NCBI GenBank assembly: GCA_035276475.1 | Contig: DATELQ010000048.1 | Location: 87-64,086, forward strand | Direction of reading: 5' to 3' | From: Thermoanaerobaculia bacterium | GTDB taxonomy: Bacteria; Acidobacteriota; Thermoanaerobaculia; Gp7-AA8 | DNA length: 64,000 nucleotides | Shown: positions 39,012-47,305 of the stretch, piece by piece | Numbering within the stretch: the first letter of the stretch is position 1 | How the letters are laid out: every line of letters begins with the position of its first letter | Position numbers and translations under genes: made by a program | Notes under the pieces: model-generated | The model's database searches: none | Told to the model about the DNA's origin: nothing | Seen by the model: only the letters and a program-made list of their open reading frames with translations

Positions 39012-40031
39012 GCCGCGCTTCGTCGTCAGGTACACCGCGAACGATCCGAGCCAGTGCCCGCCTTCGTAGTGCTCGCCCGTCACCGAGGCGAGGCCGGCGT
39101 CGCGGTGCGCCTTCGCCATCGCCGTGAGAGCGGCGCGGCGGGGGCTCGACTTCGGCAGGCCGGAGACGATCCCTTCGAGCATCCAGGCGCGGCTGAGATT
39201 CAGGCCGTCGAGGTGGGCGAGGCGCGGGTCGCTCGGATCGGTCACGACCTCGGGTTTGATCGACAGCGTCGGCAAGAACTTGTCGAACCACGCCGCGAAC
39301 TCCTTCGGCGGCATCACGCGCCGCATTGCATCGGCCTCGGCGAGGCACGGCGAGAGGAAATCCTCGCCGGAGGGCTCGTAGGCGATCGGGCAGTTGCGAT
39401 CGTGCGCATAGAACTCGCGGATCTTCGACGCCACGAGCGGGTCGTGGCCGTAGTCGTAGATCAGCCCGAGGGCGAAGGCGGTTTGCGAGTGCTCGCCGCT
39501 GCGGATCGGGTGCGACAGCTTCGGCAGCCACGCCTTCAGTCGATCCACCGCCGCGCTCTCCAGCGGTTTCAGCGTCGCGGAGAGCTCCGGGTCCCACTCG
39601 CGCAGCTCCGCGGCGAGCTGCAGCAGCCACGCGAGGCCGTACGGCCGCTCGAAGCTGGCGCGCCCTTCGCCGCGCAGATATTGCGCCTCGCGCGCGATGT
39701 GCTCGGGCGTGATGCTCTCGCGCAGTGCGGCGCGCGCGTCGGCGTCGAACGGCGCGTCGGGGAACGTTCGCGCCAGGCGCGCCAGCAGCCAATGCCCGTG
39801 CACCGATGAGTGCCAGTCGTAGCAGCCGTAGAACGCCGGCGTGAGCTCGAGCGGCGGCGCGACGTCTTTGTCCGACGTCATCGAGTGCGAGATCTTGTTC
39901 GGATACTCCTTGTGCACGCAGGCGAGAGCGAGCTTGGCGAAGCGCTCCGCGGCCTTCGCATCGAAGTCGGCGGCGGTGGCGGTGGTCGTGGTGGTCGTGA
40001 GGAGGAGAAGGGCGAGCGTCAGTCGCGTCAT
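39000..40031 (-). CDS. DUF2891-like secreted protein
   Basis: Signal peptide. The motif YGCYDWHSSVHGHW matches my memory of DUF2891. Not verified. Confidence 0.55.
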   Translation of the reverse strand: MTRLTLALLLLTTTTTTATAADFDAKAAERFAKLALACVHKEYPNKISHSMTSDKDVAPPLELTPAFYGCYDWHSSVHGHWLLARLARTFPDAPFDADARAALRESITPEHIAREAQYLRGEGRASFERPYGLAWLLQLAAELREWDPELSATLKPLESAAVDRLKAWLPKLSHPIRSGEHSQTAFALGLIYDYGHDPLVASKIREFYAHDRNCPIAYEPSGEDFLSPCLAEADAMRRVMPPKEFAAWFDKFLPTLSIKPEVVTDPSDPRLAHLDGLNLSRAWMLEGIVSGLPKSSPRRAALTAMAKAHRDAGLASVTGEHYEGGHWLGSFAVYLTTKRGLVR

Positions 40032-40216
40032 CGGTGAATGTGCATCACGATATACCCGATGAGCGCCAGGGCCAGGACGATGATGATGACGATGGCCACG
40101 AGGCTCTGGCGCGACGAGCCGCTCGAGGCGCTGTGCTCCACGATCACCTTGCGGCGGACGTATTCGTCGTCTTCAGGTTCCGGCATCGCCGGATGAGGCA
40201 GCAAGGGGAGTGCCAC
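40028..40216 (-). CDS. Small single-TM protein
   Basis: Sits between two co-directional genes with stop/start overlaps. C-terminal TM (LVAIVIIIVLALALIGYIVM). Confidence 0.4.
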   Translation of the reverse strand: MALPLLPHPAMPEPEDDEYVRRKVIVEHSASSGSSRQSLVAIVIIIVLALALIGYIVMHIHR

Positions 40217-40990
40217 TCAGGGGAAGCGCGTGTTCGAGCAGTCCACGTCGAGATCCGCGGTCAACCGTGGGGGCACTACGATGACCGGCTTCGTTGCCAG
40301 CGGCAGCGCAGACAGCTCGTAGAACAGTGTTTCATGGTGCATGGCAGTGCTTCCCGCCGCCGGCTCGTTGATCATGCGCAGCTCGATCAAGTCGTCGTCC
40401 TTGAACACGATGCGGTGCCACGACGTCTCGCCGAACTGGCGAACGAGTAGTTCCGGCCGTGCGATCGTGCCATCGAGGAAAACCTCGCGGGCGAATGGCC
40501 GCTCGCCGCGATTCTCGAAGTCGGGCTCGTAGCGCGCCCTTGTCTCGAACGCTGTCGCTGAGAGATACCCGGCTGGCAGCTCCATCGTCGCGGAGACGAC
40601 ACCGGAGAGATCATCGCGCAGCGTGTGCATTTCGCCGTTCGTGACCGTGTGCAGGTGCGGAACGATCGTGTCGAACGAGCCGCCCGGCGCGTAACGCGCG
40701 CGCCCGGCGCCGGGGAAGCGCAGCTCGATGTCGGACAGCTCGAGGACGCAGTCGCCGCGGTCGCAACTCAGCGCGACGTCGGACGAGACGACCGACGCCT
40801 GCGGCATGTGCAGCGCAGCGTGGTGCAGCATGTGCCCGCTGCCGCGCATCGCCACGGCGCGTGGCGCGTGCTGCCCGTCGAAGATGTGGCAGATCACACC
40901 GGAGAAGCTGATGTGGACTTCCGTGCCGCGGTGTGCCGCGGGCGCGGACGCAAGAATGGCCGCGAAGACGAGGAACGTGAGCTTGCGCAT
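40217..40990 (-). CDS. Secreted uncharacterised protein, paralogue of 5570..6628
   Basis: ATG 40990 gives a signal peptide (MRKLTFLVFAAILASAPAA). Shares the motifs ISFSGVICHIF and HHETLFYELSALP...VVPPR with the 5570 product. Confidence 0.6.
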   Translation of the reverse strand: MRKLTFLVFAAILASAPAAHRGTEVHISFSGVICHIFDGQHAPRAVAMRGSGHMLHHAALHMPQASVVSSDVALSCDRGDCVLELSDIELRFPGAGRARYAPGGSFDTIVPHLHTVTNGEMHTLRDDLSGVVSATMELPAGYLSATAFETRARYEPDFENRGERPFAREVFLDGTIARPELLVRQFGETSWHRIVFKDDDLIELRMINEPAAGSTAMHHETLFYELSALPLATKPVIVVPPRLTADLDVDCSNTRFP

Positions 40991-41000
40991 GGAGAACAAC

Positions 41001-42194
41001 TTAGCGCCGCAGCAGCCGCGACGTCCAGGCGAAGATCGGAATCGAGAAGCAACTCAGCGCCGCCGCCGCGAGGAACGCGCGCCCGAGGCCGTAGCGCTGG
41101 CCGATCGCGCCGAGGGTGAACGAGCCGGTGGCGATGCCGGTGTCGAACGCCCACATGATCGAGCCGAACGTCCGCGCGCGCCGCGCCGGGTCGGTGTTGT
41201 TCACGATGAACGTCGCGATCGCGGGATACGCGGCGCCCCAGCCGAGGCCGAAGACGATCGCCGAGATCGTCATCAGAGTGCGCGTCGTGGCGAAGCCGAG
41301 CATCGCGAACGCGATCGGCACCATCGCCAGGGCGGGGTAGAGCAGCACCTTCGTGGGGATGCGGTCGAACAGGTGCGAGAAGAAGAGGCGGAGGATGACG
41401 ATCGTGATCGCGTACACCGTCAGATAGATCGACTTCGGCTCGACGTGCCGCTGCACTGCGAGCAGTGCCGCGTAGCTGGTCACGCCGCCGTAGCCGAACG
41501 ACGCCACCGTCATCGTCAGCGTGATCCGGATGACCCGCCAGTCCCACGCCTCGGCCAGCGCCCCCTGGTGCCGCTCGTGCGGCTTCGTCGGGTCGTGGAT
41601 GAAGAGCGCGCCCACCGTCATGACCACCGACAACGACGCCATCTCCAAGCAGAGCGTCAGCCATCCGAAGTGAAAGACCCACAGCCCGAACGCCGGCGCC
41701 ATGGAGACGGCCAGGATGCTGGCGAGCCCCCAGTACGCCAGGCCCTGCGCGCGCCGCGACTCGGGGATGTAGTCGGTCATGATTGCCGACGATGACGACA
41801 ACAGTCCCGACCAGAGCGCGCCATGAATCACGCCGACGCCGAGGAGCACGACGATGTTCGTGATGACGCCGTACGCGACGGAGAAGACGCAGAAGGCAAT
41901 CGATGCGACGAGGAGCAGACGGCGCCGGCCGACGCGGTCGCCGAGCGTCCCCATGAGCGGCGCGGAGAAGGCGCTGGCGAGCGTGTAGACGGAGAGGAAC
42001 CAGCCGGCCGCGGCGGTGGAGCCACCGAGGTCGATGATGCGGAATGGGATGGCCGGCAGCAGTTGGAACGCCGAAAAAAATGTGACGAAGGAATAGAGCC
42101 AGAGGCTGGCGAAGCGCGGCGTGATGAGGCGGTCGGGGGTGGCCATCGGACGGCGGATTTTACTGAGAATCGAGAGCGTTACCGGCTGCGTCAT
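41001..42194 (-). CDS. MFS transporter
   Basis: About 12 TM helices and an MFS loop motif (GTLGDRVGRRRLL). Start is uncertain (ATG 42194 or 42146). The Arg-rich upstream part of the ORF was rejected. Confidence 0.8.
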   Translation of the reverse strand: MTQPVTLSILSKIRRPMATPDRLITPRFASLWLYSFVTFFSAFQLLPAIPFRIIDLGGSTAAAGWFLSVYTLASAFSAPLMGTLGDRVGRRRLLLVASIAFCVFSVAYGVITNIVVLLGVGVIHGALWSGLLSSSSAIMTDYIPESRRAQGLAYWGLASILAVSMAPAFGLWVFHFGWLTLCLEMASLSVVMTVGALFIHDPTKPHERHQGALAEAWDWRVIRITLTMTVASFGYGGVTSYAALLAVQRHVEPKSIYLTVYAITIVILRLFFSHLFDRIPTKVLLYPALAMVPIAFAMLGFATTRTLMTISAIVFGLGWGAAYPAIATFIVNNTDPARRARTFGSIMWAFDTGIATGSFTLGAIGQRYGLGRAFLAAAALSCFSIPIFAWTSRLLRR

Positions 42195-43035
42195 GAAGGT
42201 GAAGCGGGCAGCGAAGTACGGGTTCTGTTCGGGCGTGCGCATCGCCGACCTCAAGGTGAAGCGCTTCGCCGCCGCCGGCGGACGCGGCGCGATTCTCGGC
42301 CAGGTGGTCCACAACGAGCGCGTGGTCGAGGAGATGGAGACCCTCGGCGTGCGCACGGTGGAGTCGATCGACGCCGTGAGCGAGCCGACGATCGTCTTTT
42401 CCGCGCACGGCGTGCCGCCGTCGTATCACGAGACGGCCAAGACGAGCGGCCTGAAGATCCTCGACACCACCTGCAAGTTCGTCTACGACATCCACCGCGA
42501 GTCGCGCGACGCATTGGGCGCCGACTACCACCTCATCTTCATCGGCGACCCGAAGCACCGCGAGGTCGTCGGCTACACGAACGACCTCGACCCCGCCTCG
42601 TACCACATCATCTCCACGACCGCCGAGGCGGAGTCGATCGACTGGTCGCGCTACCCGAGGCTGAAGATCTTCTACCAGACCACCCTCAACGCCGAGGAGT
42701 TCGAGGACGTGGTGCGGATCATCGAGCGCCGCGCCGCGCAGGTCGAGCGCGCCGACACGATCTGCTACGCCACGAAGGAGAACCAGGACGCCGCGCGCGT
42801 GCTGGCCCACGATCCCGACGTCGACGTCATCGTCATCATCGGCGGCAAGAAGAGCGCGAACACGAAGCACCTCTGGGAGATCTGCCGCGAGAAGAAGCCG
42901 GCCTATCTCGTGCAGGGCGCCGACGACTTGGAGTCGGCATGGTTCGACGGAGCGAGCACGGTCGGCGTGACGGCGGGAGCGTCGACGCCCGACTACGTGA
43001 TCGAAGAAGTGGAGAAGCGGATCGAGGGGATGTAG
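42193..43035 (+). CDS. ispH: 4-hydroxy-3-methylbut-2-enyl diphosphate reductase
   Basis: YGFCSGV, HNERVV, SAHGV and conserved Cys positions. Length ~280 aa. Typical LytB/IspH. Confidence 0.9.
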   Translation: MKVKRAAKYGFCSGVRIADLKVKRFAAAGGRGAILGQVVHNERVVEEMETLGVRTVESIDAVSEPTIVFSAHGVPPSYHETAKTSGLKILDTTCKFVYDIHRESRDALGADYHLIFIGDPKHREVVGYTNDLDPASYHIISTTAEAESIDWSRYPRLKIFYQTTLNAEEFEDVVRIIERRAAQVERADTICYATKENQDAARVLAHDPDVDVIVIIGGKKSANTKHLWEICREKKPAYLVQGADDLESAWFDGASTVGVTAGASTPDYVIEEVEKRIEGM

Positions 43036-43040
43036 CGCCG

Positions 43041-43826
43041 ATGATTCCTCTCCGCACATGGCTCGCGATCGCGGCTTTGATGATCGCGGCGAGCGGCTCC
43101 GCGGCCGACCTGAACTGCAAGGGGCCGAGCAACGTCGAGCAATTCAAATACTCGTGGCGCCTGCGCGGCGGGCTGTCGTGGGTGGCGGGACTGGTGTTCC
43201 CCACCTCGGGCGTCGGCGAGATGAAGACGACGTATCCGAAGGAAGGGGAGACGCTGATCGATTCGTCGCTCCTCCTGACGTCGAAGGTGCCAGGGTTCTA
43301 CGCCTACGAGACGCAGATCGACGAGAACACGCAGAAGACGATGACGACGTACCACGGCTACGCGTGGAAGAACAAGTCGCGCAAGGAGCGGACGAGCTTC
43401 GACTACGCGCGCAAGGTGGCGCTGACGCACAAGGAGACGCCGGAGAAGCAGTGGGACCGCACCGATCCGCTGCCGCCCGAGCAGATCCACGACATCCTGG
43501 CGGCGATCTATTACATCCGCCAGAACGCGATGAACATCCGCGGCCCGGTGAACGCGAATATCTTCTCGGACGGCGAGCTCTATCCGGTGATCCTCCGCCC
43601 CGACGAGCGGCGCACGTTCAACATCGGCGGGCAGAACGTCGGCGCGCTCGGCTTCGCGATCGTCGATGCGCCGGGCGGGCGGAAGTGGCCGGGCGGGGTG
43701 AAGGTGTGGATCTCCGAGGACCCGCGCAGGATTCCGTTCCGGATCGAGATCCAGCAGAGCATGGCCTCGCTGCAGTTGGAGCTGACGAGCGTGGAGTCGT
43801 GCGCGTTCATGCAAGCGAGCAAATAG
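43041..43826 (+). CDS. Secreted DUF3108-like protein
   Basis: Signal peptide (WLAIAALMIAASGSAA). Beta-rich sequence resembling DUF3108 as I recall it. Only the last 262 codons of the long track ORF 41823..43826 are credible. Confidence 0.55.
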   Translation: MIPLRTWLAIAALMIAASGSAADLNCKGPSNVEQFKYSWRLRGGLSWVAGLVFPTSGVGEMKTTYPKEGETLIDSSLLLTSKVPGFYAYETQIDENTQKTMTTYHGYAWKNKSRKERTSFDYARKVALTHKETPEKQWDRTDPLPPEQIHDILAAIYYIRQNAMNIRGPVNANIFSDGELYPVILRPDERRTFNIGGQNVGALGFAIVDAPGGRKWPGGVKVWISEDPRRIPFRIEIQQSMASLQLELTSVESCAFMQASK

Positions 43827-43860
43827 TGCTGAGTGCTGAGTTCTGAGTGCTGAGTGTTCG
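43826..43860 (+). repeat. Heptanucleotide tandem repeat (GTGCTGA, 4 copies plus 1 degenerate)
   Basis: gtgctga gtgctga gttctga gtgctga gtgttcg. Spans the stop codon of 43041..43826 and the GTG start of 43847..44287. Confidence 0.7.
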
Positions 43861-44287
43861 CACCTCGCGGTTGTTGCTCGAGCCGCTGACGGTCGCACAT
43901 GCGCCGGCGATGTTCTCGCTGCTCAGCGATCTTGCGCTCTATGCTCCACCCTCCCTAGAGCATCTGCAGCGTGTGTACGCGCAACTCGAGACGCGGCGCT
44001 CGCCGGATGGGACGGAGGAGTGGCTGAACTGGATCGTGCTGCGCGACGGTGAGGTGATCGGGTTCGTGCAGGCGACCATCTACACGGACCGCAGTGCCAA
44101 CGTCGCCTACGTCTTCGGCCGCTCGCATTGGGGACACGGCTACGCCATCGAGGCGGTGACAGCCATGCTGGCGCAACTCGACGGCTGCAAGTTTTTCGCG
44201 ACGGTGGACGCGGGCAATGCGCGGTCGATTCGGTTGCTGGAGCGCTTGGGATTCCGGCACGTCGAGGGCGAGCGGTACGAGCGCTAG
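43847..44287 (+). CDS. GNAT-family N-acetyltransferase (RimJ/RimL-like)
   Basis: TSRLLLEPLT N-terminus and an acetyl-CoA binding region (HWGHGYAIEAV ... NARSIRLLERLGF). Confidence 0.8.
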   Translation: MLSVRTSRLLLEPLTVAHAPAMFSLLSDLALYAPPSLEHLQRVYAQLETRRSPDGTEEWLNWIVLRDGEVIGFVQATIYTDRSANVAYVFGRSHWGHGYAIEAVTAMLAQLDGCKFFATVDAGNARSIRLLERLGFRHVEGERYER

Positions 44288-44697
44288 ACCCTGGCCGCCT
44301 GCGTCGGCGTCCCCAACCCGCAGAACAGTCCCACCAGGTCGAGGAGCTCCGCCACGTGGAACGGCTTCTCCAGCACCGCGGCGGGGCGCAGCTCCGGCTC
44401 CGTCGTCTCGAGCTTGTACGCCGAGATCACGATCACCGGCGACTCCTGGCGCGTTCTGCGGAACCACCGCAGCCACTCATGGCCGTCCATGCGGGGCATG
44501 GCCAGGTCGAGGATCACCAGGAGGATGTCGGGGTTCTGCTCGACGAGCGGGATGGCCTGCTGGCCGTCGGGCGCGGTCAGCACCTCGAACCCGTACGGCG
44601 ACAGCAAATCGCGATACGAGGCCAGGAGCTTCGCATCGTCGTCGATGATCAGAAGCTTCCTCAGTTTGAACGGTTTTCGACTCGCTCGTATCGGCAC
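44284..44697 (-). CDS. Stand-alone response-regulator receiver domain
   Basis: GTG 44697 lies 1 nt after the upstream stop. LLIIDDD, phospho-acceptor context VILDLAMPRMDG, and a conserved K (LEKPF). No output domain. Confidence 0.75.
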   Translation of the reverse strand: MPIRASRKPFKLRKLLIIDDDAKLLASYRDLLSPYGFEVLTAPDGQQAIPLVEQNPDILLVILDLAMPRMDGHEWLRWFRRTRQESPVIVISAYKLETTEPELRPAAVLEKPFHVAELLDLVGLFCGLGTPTQAARV

Positions 44698-44698
44698 T

Positions 44699-45703
44699 CT
44701 AGGACGCGTCCGACTGCAAACCGCGTACCTTGAGAGAGAAGCGCGCCGGGTCGTAGCGCAGCGCCAGGAGCTTTCCCTTGTGCACGTCGACTTCGCGCGG
44801 CACGACGACGTGGAGGATGAGCCCGCCCGTGAGGAGGCCGTAGAGGTGCCAGCGGCCGTCGCGGAACGACGCCTCCTCGATGCCGAAGATGAGATCGGAG
44901 TCCTCGCCCTTCGCCGCGATGGCAAAATCATCCGGCCGCGCCAGGGCCACGCCGCTGCCTTGGAACGGTGCGTCGGCTTCCCACGTGCCGATCGCCGAGG
45001 TGACGCTGCGGCCGCGGATCTCGATCGGGATGACGTTCACGTCGCCCGTCGCCATCGCCGCCGCCGCCGACTGCGGGGCGGCAAAAACCTCCGAGGGGAC
45101 GCCGACCTGCGCGACGCGCCCCTGGTCGAGCACCACGACGCGGTCGCAGAGCCCGAGCTCGACCGGCGACGCCGGTGCGCTGATCACCGTCGTCCCGGCG
45201 ACGCGGAGCGTGCGGGCGATGTCGTCGGCCAGCGTCGCCACGGTCGACGGATTGGCAAGCTCCAGCAGCCGGTCCGCGACAAGGATCGCTGGCTTGAGCA
45301 GCTCGATGCGCGCCAGGTTTGCGCGCGTCCGCTCCGTCGAGGACAGCGTACCAAGCCGCCGGTCGAGCAAAAAGCTTAGCTTCCACTTCTCCGCCGCGAG
45401 CTCGAACTCGTGATGGCGATCTTCGCGGTCGAGCGACCGTGCGCGCACCGCGGCGATCAAGAGGTACCGCACCGACCAGCGCTCCGGCGCGTCGAGCGAC
45501 GACGTGACGTAGAGCAGCGGCCGGCGGCTGCGGCGCAGCGCGCTCACGTCGCGCGCCCCGATGCGCACCGTGCCGCGCGCGTCGCCGGCGAGCACGCGCA
45601 ACAGCGTCGACGCGCCGCACGCCGGCGGGCCGATGACCGCGGTGTGCGTGCTTTTCGGGAAGACGAGCGTTACGCCTTCAACGACGGCGGCGACGTCGAG
45701 CAC
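44699..45703 (-). CDS. ABC-ATPase-fold protein with degenerate catalytic motifs and a TOBE-like C-terminal domain
   Basis: Walker A reads GPPACGAST (Lys lost). Signature reads LSSTER. Walker B reads ILVADR. The overall MalK/PotA-like order is retained. Confidence 0.75.
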   Translation of the reverse strand: MLDVAAVVEGVTLVFPKSTHTAVIGPPACGASTLLRVLAGDARGTVRIGARDVSALRRSRRPLLYVTSSLDAPERWSVRYLLIAAVRARSLDREDRHHEFELAAEKWKLSFLLDRRLGTLSSTERTRANLARIELLKPAILVADRLLELANPSTVATLADDIARTLRVAGTTVISAPASPVELGLCDRVVVLDQGRVAQVGVPSEVFAAPQSAAAAMATGDVNVIPIEIRGRSVTSAIGTWEADAPFQGSGVALARPDDFAIAAKGEDSDLIFGIEEASFRDGRWHLYGLLTGGLILHVVVPREVDVHKGKLLALRYDPARFSLKVRGLQSDAS

Positions 45704-45712
45704 CCGCGCAGT

Positions 45713-46144
45713 TTACGGTTTCCGGCGCATGTTCGGCCGCATCTGCTGCCCTTCGAGGCGGTCGAGCACATTGCGCATGCGCTGCCACTGCGCGTCGGTC
45801 AAGACGCCGCGCATGTCGACGAGCATCATCAGCTCTCGCTCGAAGAGCCGGCCGCGGGCGACGTTGAGCCGCGACGCGGCGGCTTGCACGGCGCGGCGGT
45901 CGAGCTGGGGCCGGTCGAGCTCCGCGCGCAGCGCGATGTTCTGTTTCTCGACCTCGGCGCGCGCATCGATCAAGTCGCTCGAGGCCCCGCGCCAGACGTT
46001 TTCGAGCTTCTCCTGCTGCTCGGTGCTGAGGCTGAGAACGTTCACGATCTCCGGTTTGCGCCACCACTTGCCGGGCGGCAGATCAGCCGCCAGCGTCGAG
46101 CTCGCGATCAAAATCGCGAGAAGCGCGAGGGCGAACCGCTTCAC
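45713..46144 (-). CDS. Spy/CpxP-family periplasmic protein (LTxxQ repeats)
   Basis: GTG 46144 overlaps the upstream stop (GTGA). Signal peptide. LSTEQQEKL and LTDAQWQRM motifs. Confidence 0.7.
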   Translation of the reverse strand: MKRFALALLAILIASSTLAADLPPGKWWRKPEIVNVLSLSTEQQEKLENVWRGASSDLIDARAEVEKQNIALRAELDRPQLDRRAVQAAASRLNVARGRLFERELMMLVDMRGVLTDAQWQRMRNVLDRLEGQQMRPNMRRKP

Positions 46145-46629
46145 AGCTTGCTCCCCTTCGGCGCCTCGCTCTTCGCGTCGCCCCACGTCTCCCACTGCAC
46201 GAGGCCGTGGAAGTCTTTCAGCTCGTCGGACTGCCAGGCATCGTGGGCAACCGAGTCGTTGGCCGGAACGCTGAACGCCGGAGGAGGCGGCACCGGTTTG
46301 TCGACGGTCCGATACACCACCGTCCCGCCGAGGACGAACGCCAGCACTGCGGCGGCGGCGACGCGCCAGGTGCGGCGCACGCTGTCGCCGCGATGCTTCT
46401 GCGCGTCGATGCCGCGCGTGATCAGCATCCGCTGCCGCGTCCAGAACGTCTGCGGCTTCTGGTCGGCGTCGCACGCGGCCAGGCTGCGCAGCTTCCGCTC
46501 CAGCCGCTCGTAGCGCGCGGCGCAGTCGCTGCACGCGGCCAGGTGCAGCATCACCGGCATCGACTCGCCGGGCTGCGTGTAGTACGTCTCGAGCAGCTCT
46601 GCTTCACTGTAGTGTTTCATCGTCGGCAT
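46141..46629 (-). CDS. Anti-sigma factor (zf-HC2-like), single TM
   Basis: HLAACSDCAARYERL zinc-finger-like motif. TM (VAAAAVLAFVLGGTVVY). Follows an ECF sigma gene. Start is ATG 46629 or 46620. Confidence 0.65.
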   Translation of the reverse strand: MPTMKHYSEAELLETYYTQPGESMPVMLHLAACSDCAARYERLERKLRSLAACDADQKPQTFWTRQRMLITRGIDAQKHRGDSVRRTWRVAAAAVLAFVLGGTVVYRTVDKPVPPPPAFSVPANDSVAHDAWQSDELKDFHGLVQWETWGDAKSEAPKGSKL

Positions 46630-47245
46630 TCCCTTGGTTTCTAACCCTCCACTCGGCAAGCTCCTTCCGGATCTTGTGGACGGCGCGGAACAGATGTGCG
46701 CGCACCGTGCCGGCCGCGAGCCCGAGCAGCTCGGCGATCTCTTCGAGCGGGCGCTCCTCGTAGTGGCGCAGCCGGAAGATGACTTTCTGCTGCGCGGAGA
46801 GCTTTTGCTGCGCCCGCTCGATGGCCACGCGGAGCTGCCGGGCCATGATCTCACGCTCCGGATCGGGGCGCTCATCGACCGGCTCGAAGAGCAGGGTGCG
46901 GTCGTCGTCGTCCTCGGCACCGGTGAAGAGGCTGATGAATTTGCGGCGGCGGAGGAAGTCGCGCGAGCGGTTGATGGCGATGCGGGTGAGCCACGTCTCG
47001 AACTCGGAGCGTCCCTGGAAGCGGCCGAGGTGGGTGTAGGCCTGGATGAAGGTGTCCTGGGTGATGGTGTCAGCCTCGGTTTCATCGCGGACGATGGCGT
47101 AGGCGACGCGGAAGATCTTGCGCTGGAAGCGCTCGACGAGGGCGGCGTACGCGCCGCCGTCGCCCCCGAGCGTGCGGGCGATGAGCTCCTGATCGGCCGG
47201 GGCTTCGTTGAACTGGCTCACGCGGATGGGCACAACGTTTCCCAC
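46604..47245 (-). CDS. ECF sigma factor (RpoE-like)
   Basis: Region 2 (EADTITQDTFIQAY) and region 4 (RPLEEIAELLGLAAGTVRAHLFRAVHKIR). Confidence 0.85.
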   Translation of the reverse strand: MGNVVPIRVSQFNEAPADQELIARTLGGDGGAYAALVERFQRKIFRVAYAIVRDETEADTITQDTFIQAYTHLGRFQGRSEFETWLTRIAINRSRDFLRRRKFISLFTGAEDDDDRTLLFEPVDERPDPEREIMARQLRVAIERAQQKLSAQQKVIFRLRHYEERPLEEIAELLGLAAGTVRAHLFRAVHKIRKELAEWRVRNQGNADDETLQ

Positions 47246-47305
47246 GCTGGTTTGACGAGGTTGGGGGCGAAGCGTTTACGCCTTAGTGTAAGGTAGCGCC
47301 GGTCC

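Noticed and set aside
41823-43040. Upstream part of the 667-aa ORF ending at 43826, and the upstream parts of ORFs 44284..44931 and 46141..47085
   Set aside because: They overlap ispH, MFS, ABC or sigma genes and translate as Arg-rich junk. Internal starts give proper signal peptides or domain starts.
47254-47279. Possible autoregulated ECF promoter (GTAAAC-N16-CGTC on the minus strand) upstream of the sigma gene at 47245
   Set aside because: The -10-like element ends only ~9 nt from the annotated start codon, leaving no room for a leader or RBS. The match to ECF consensus is weak. It cannot be supported without TSS data.
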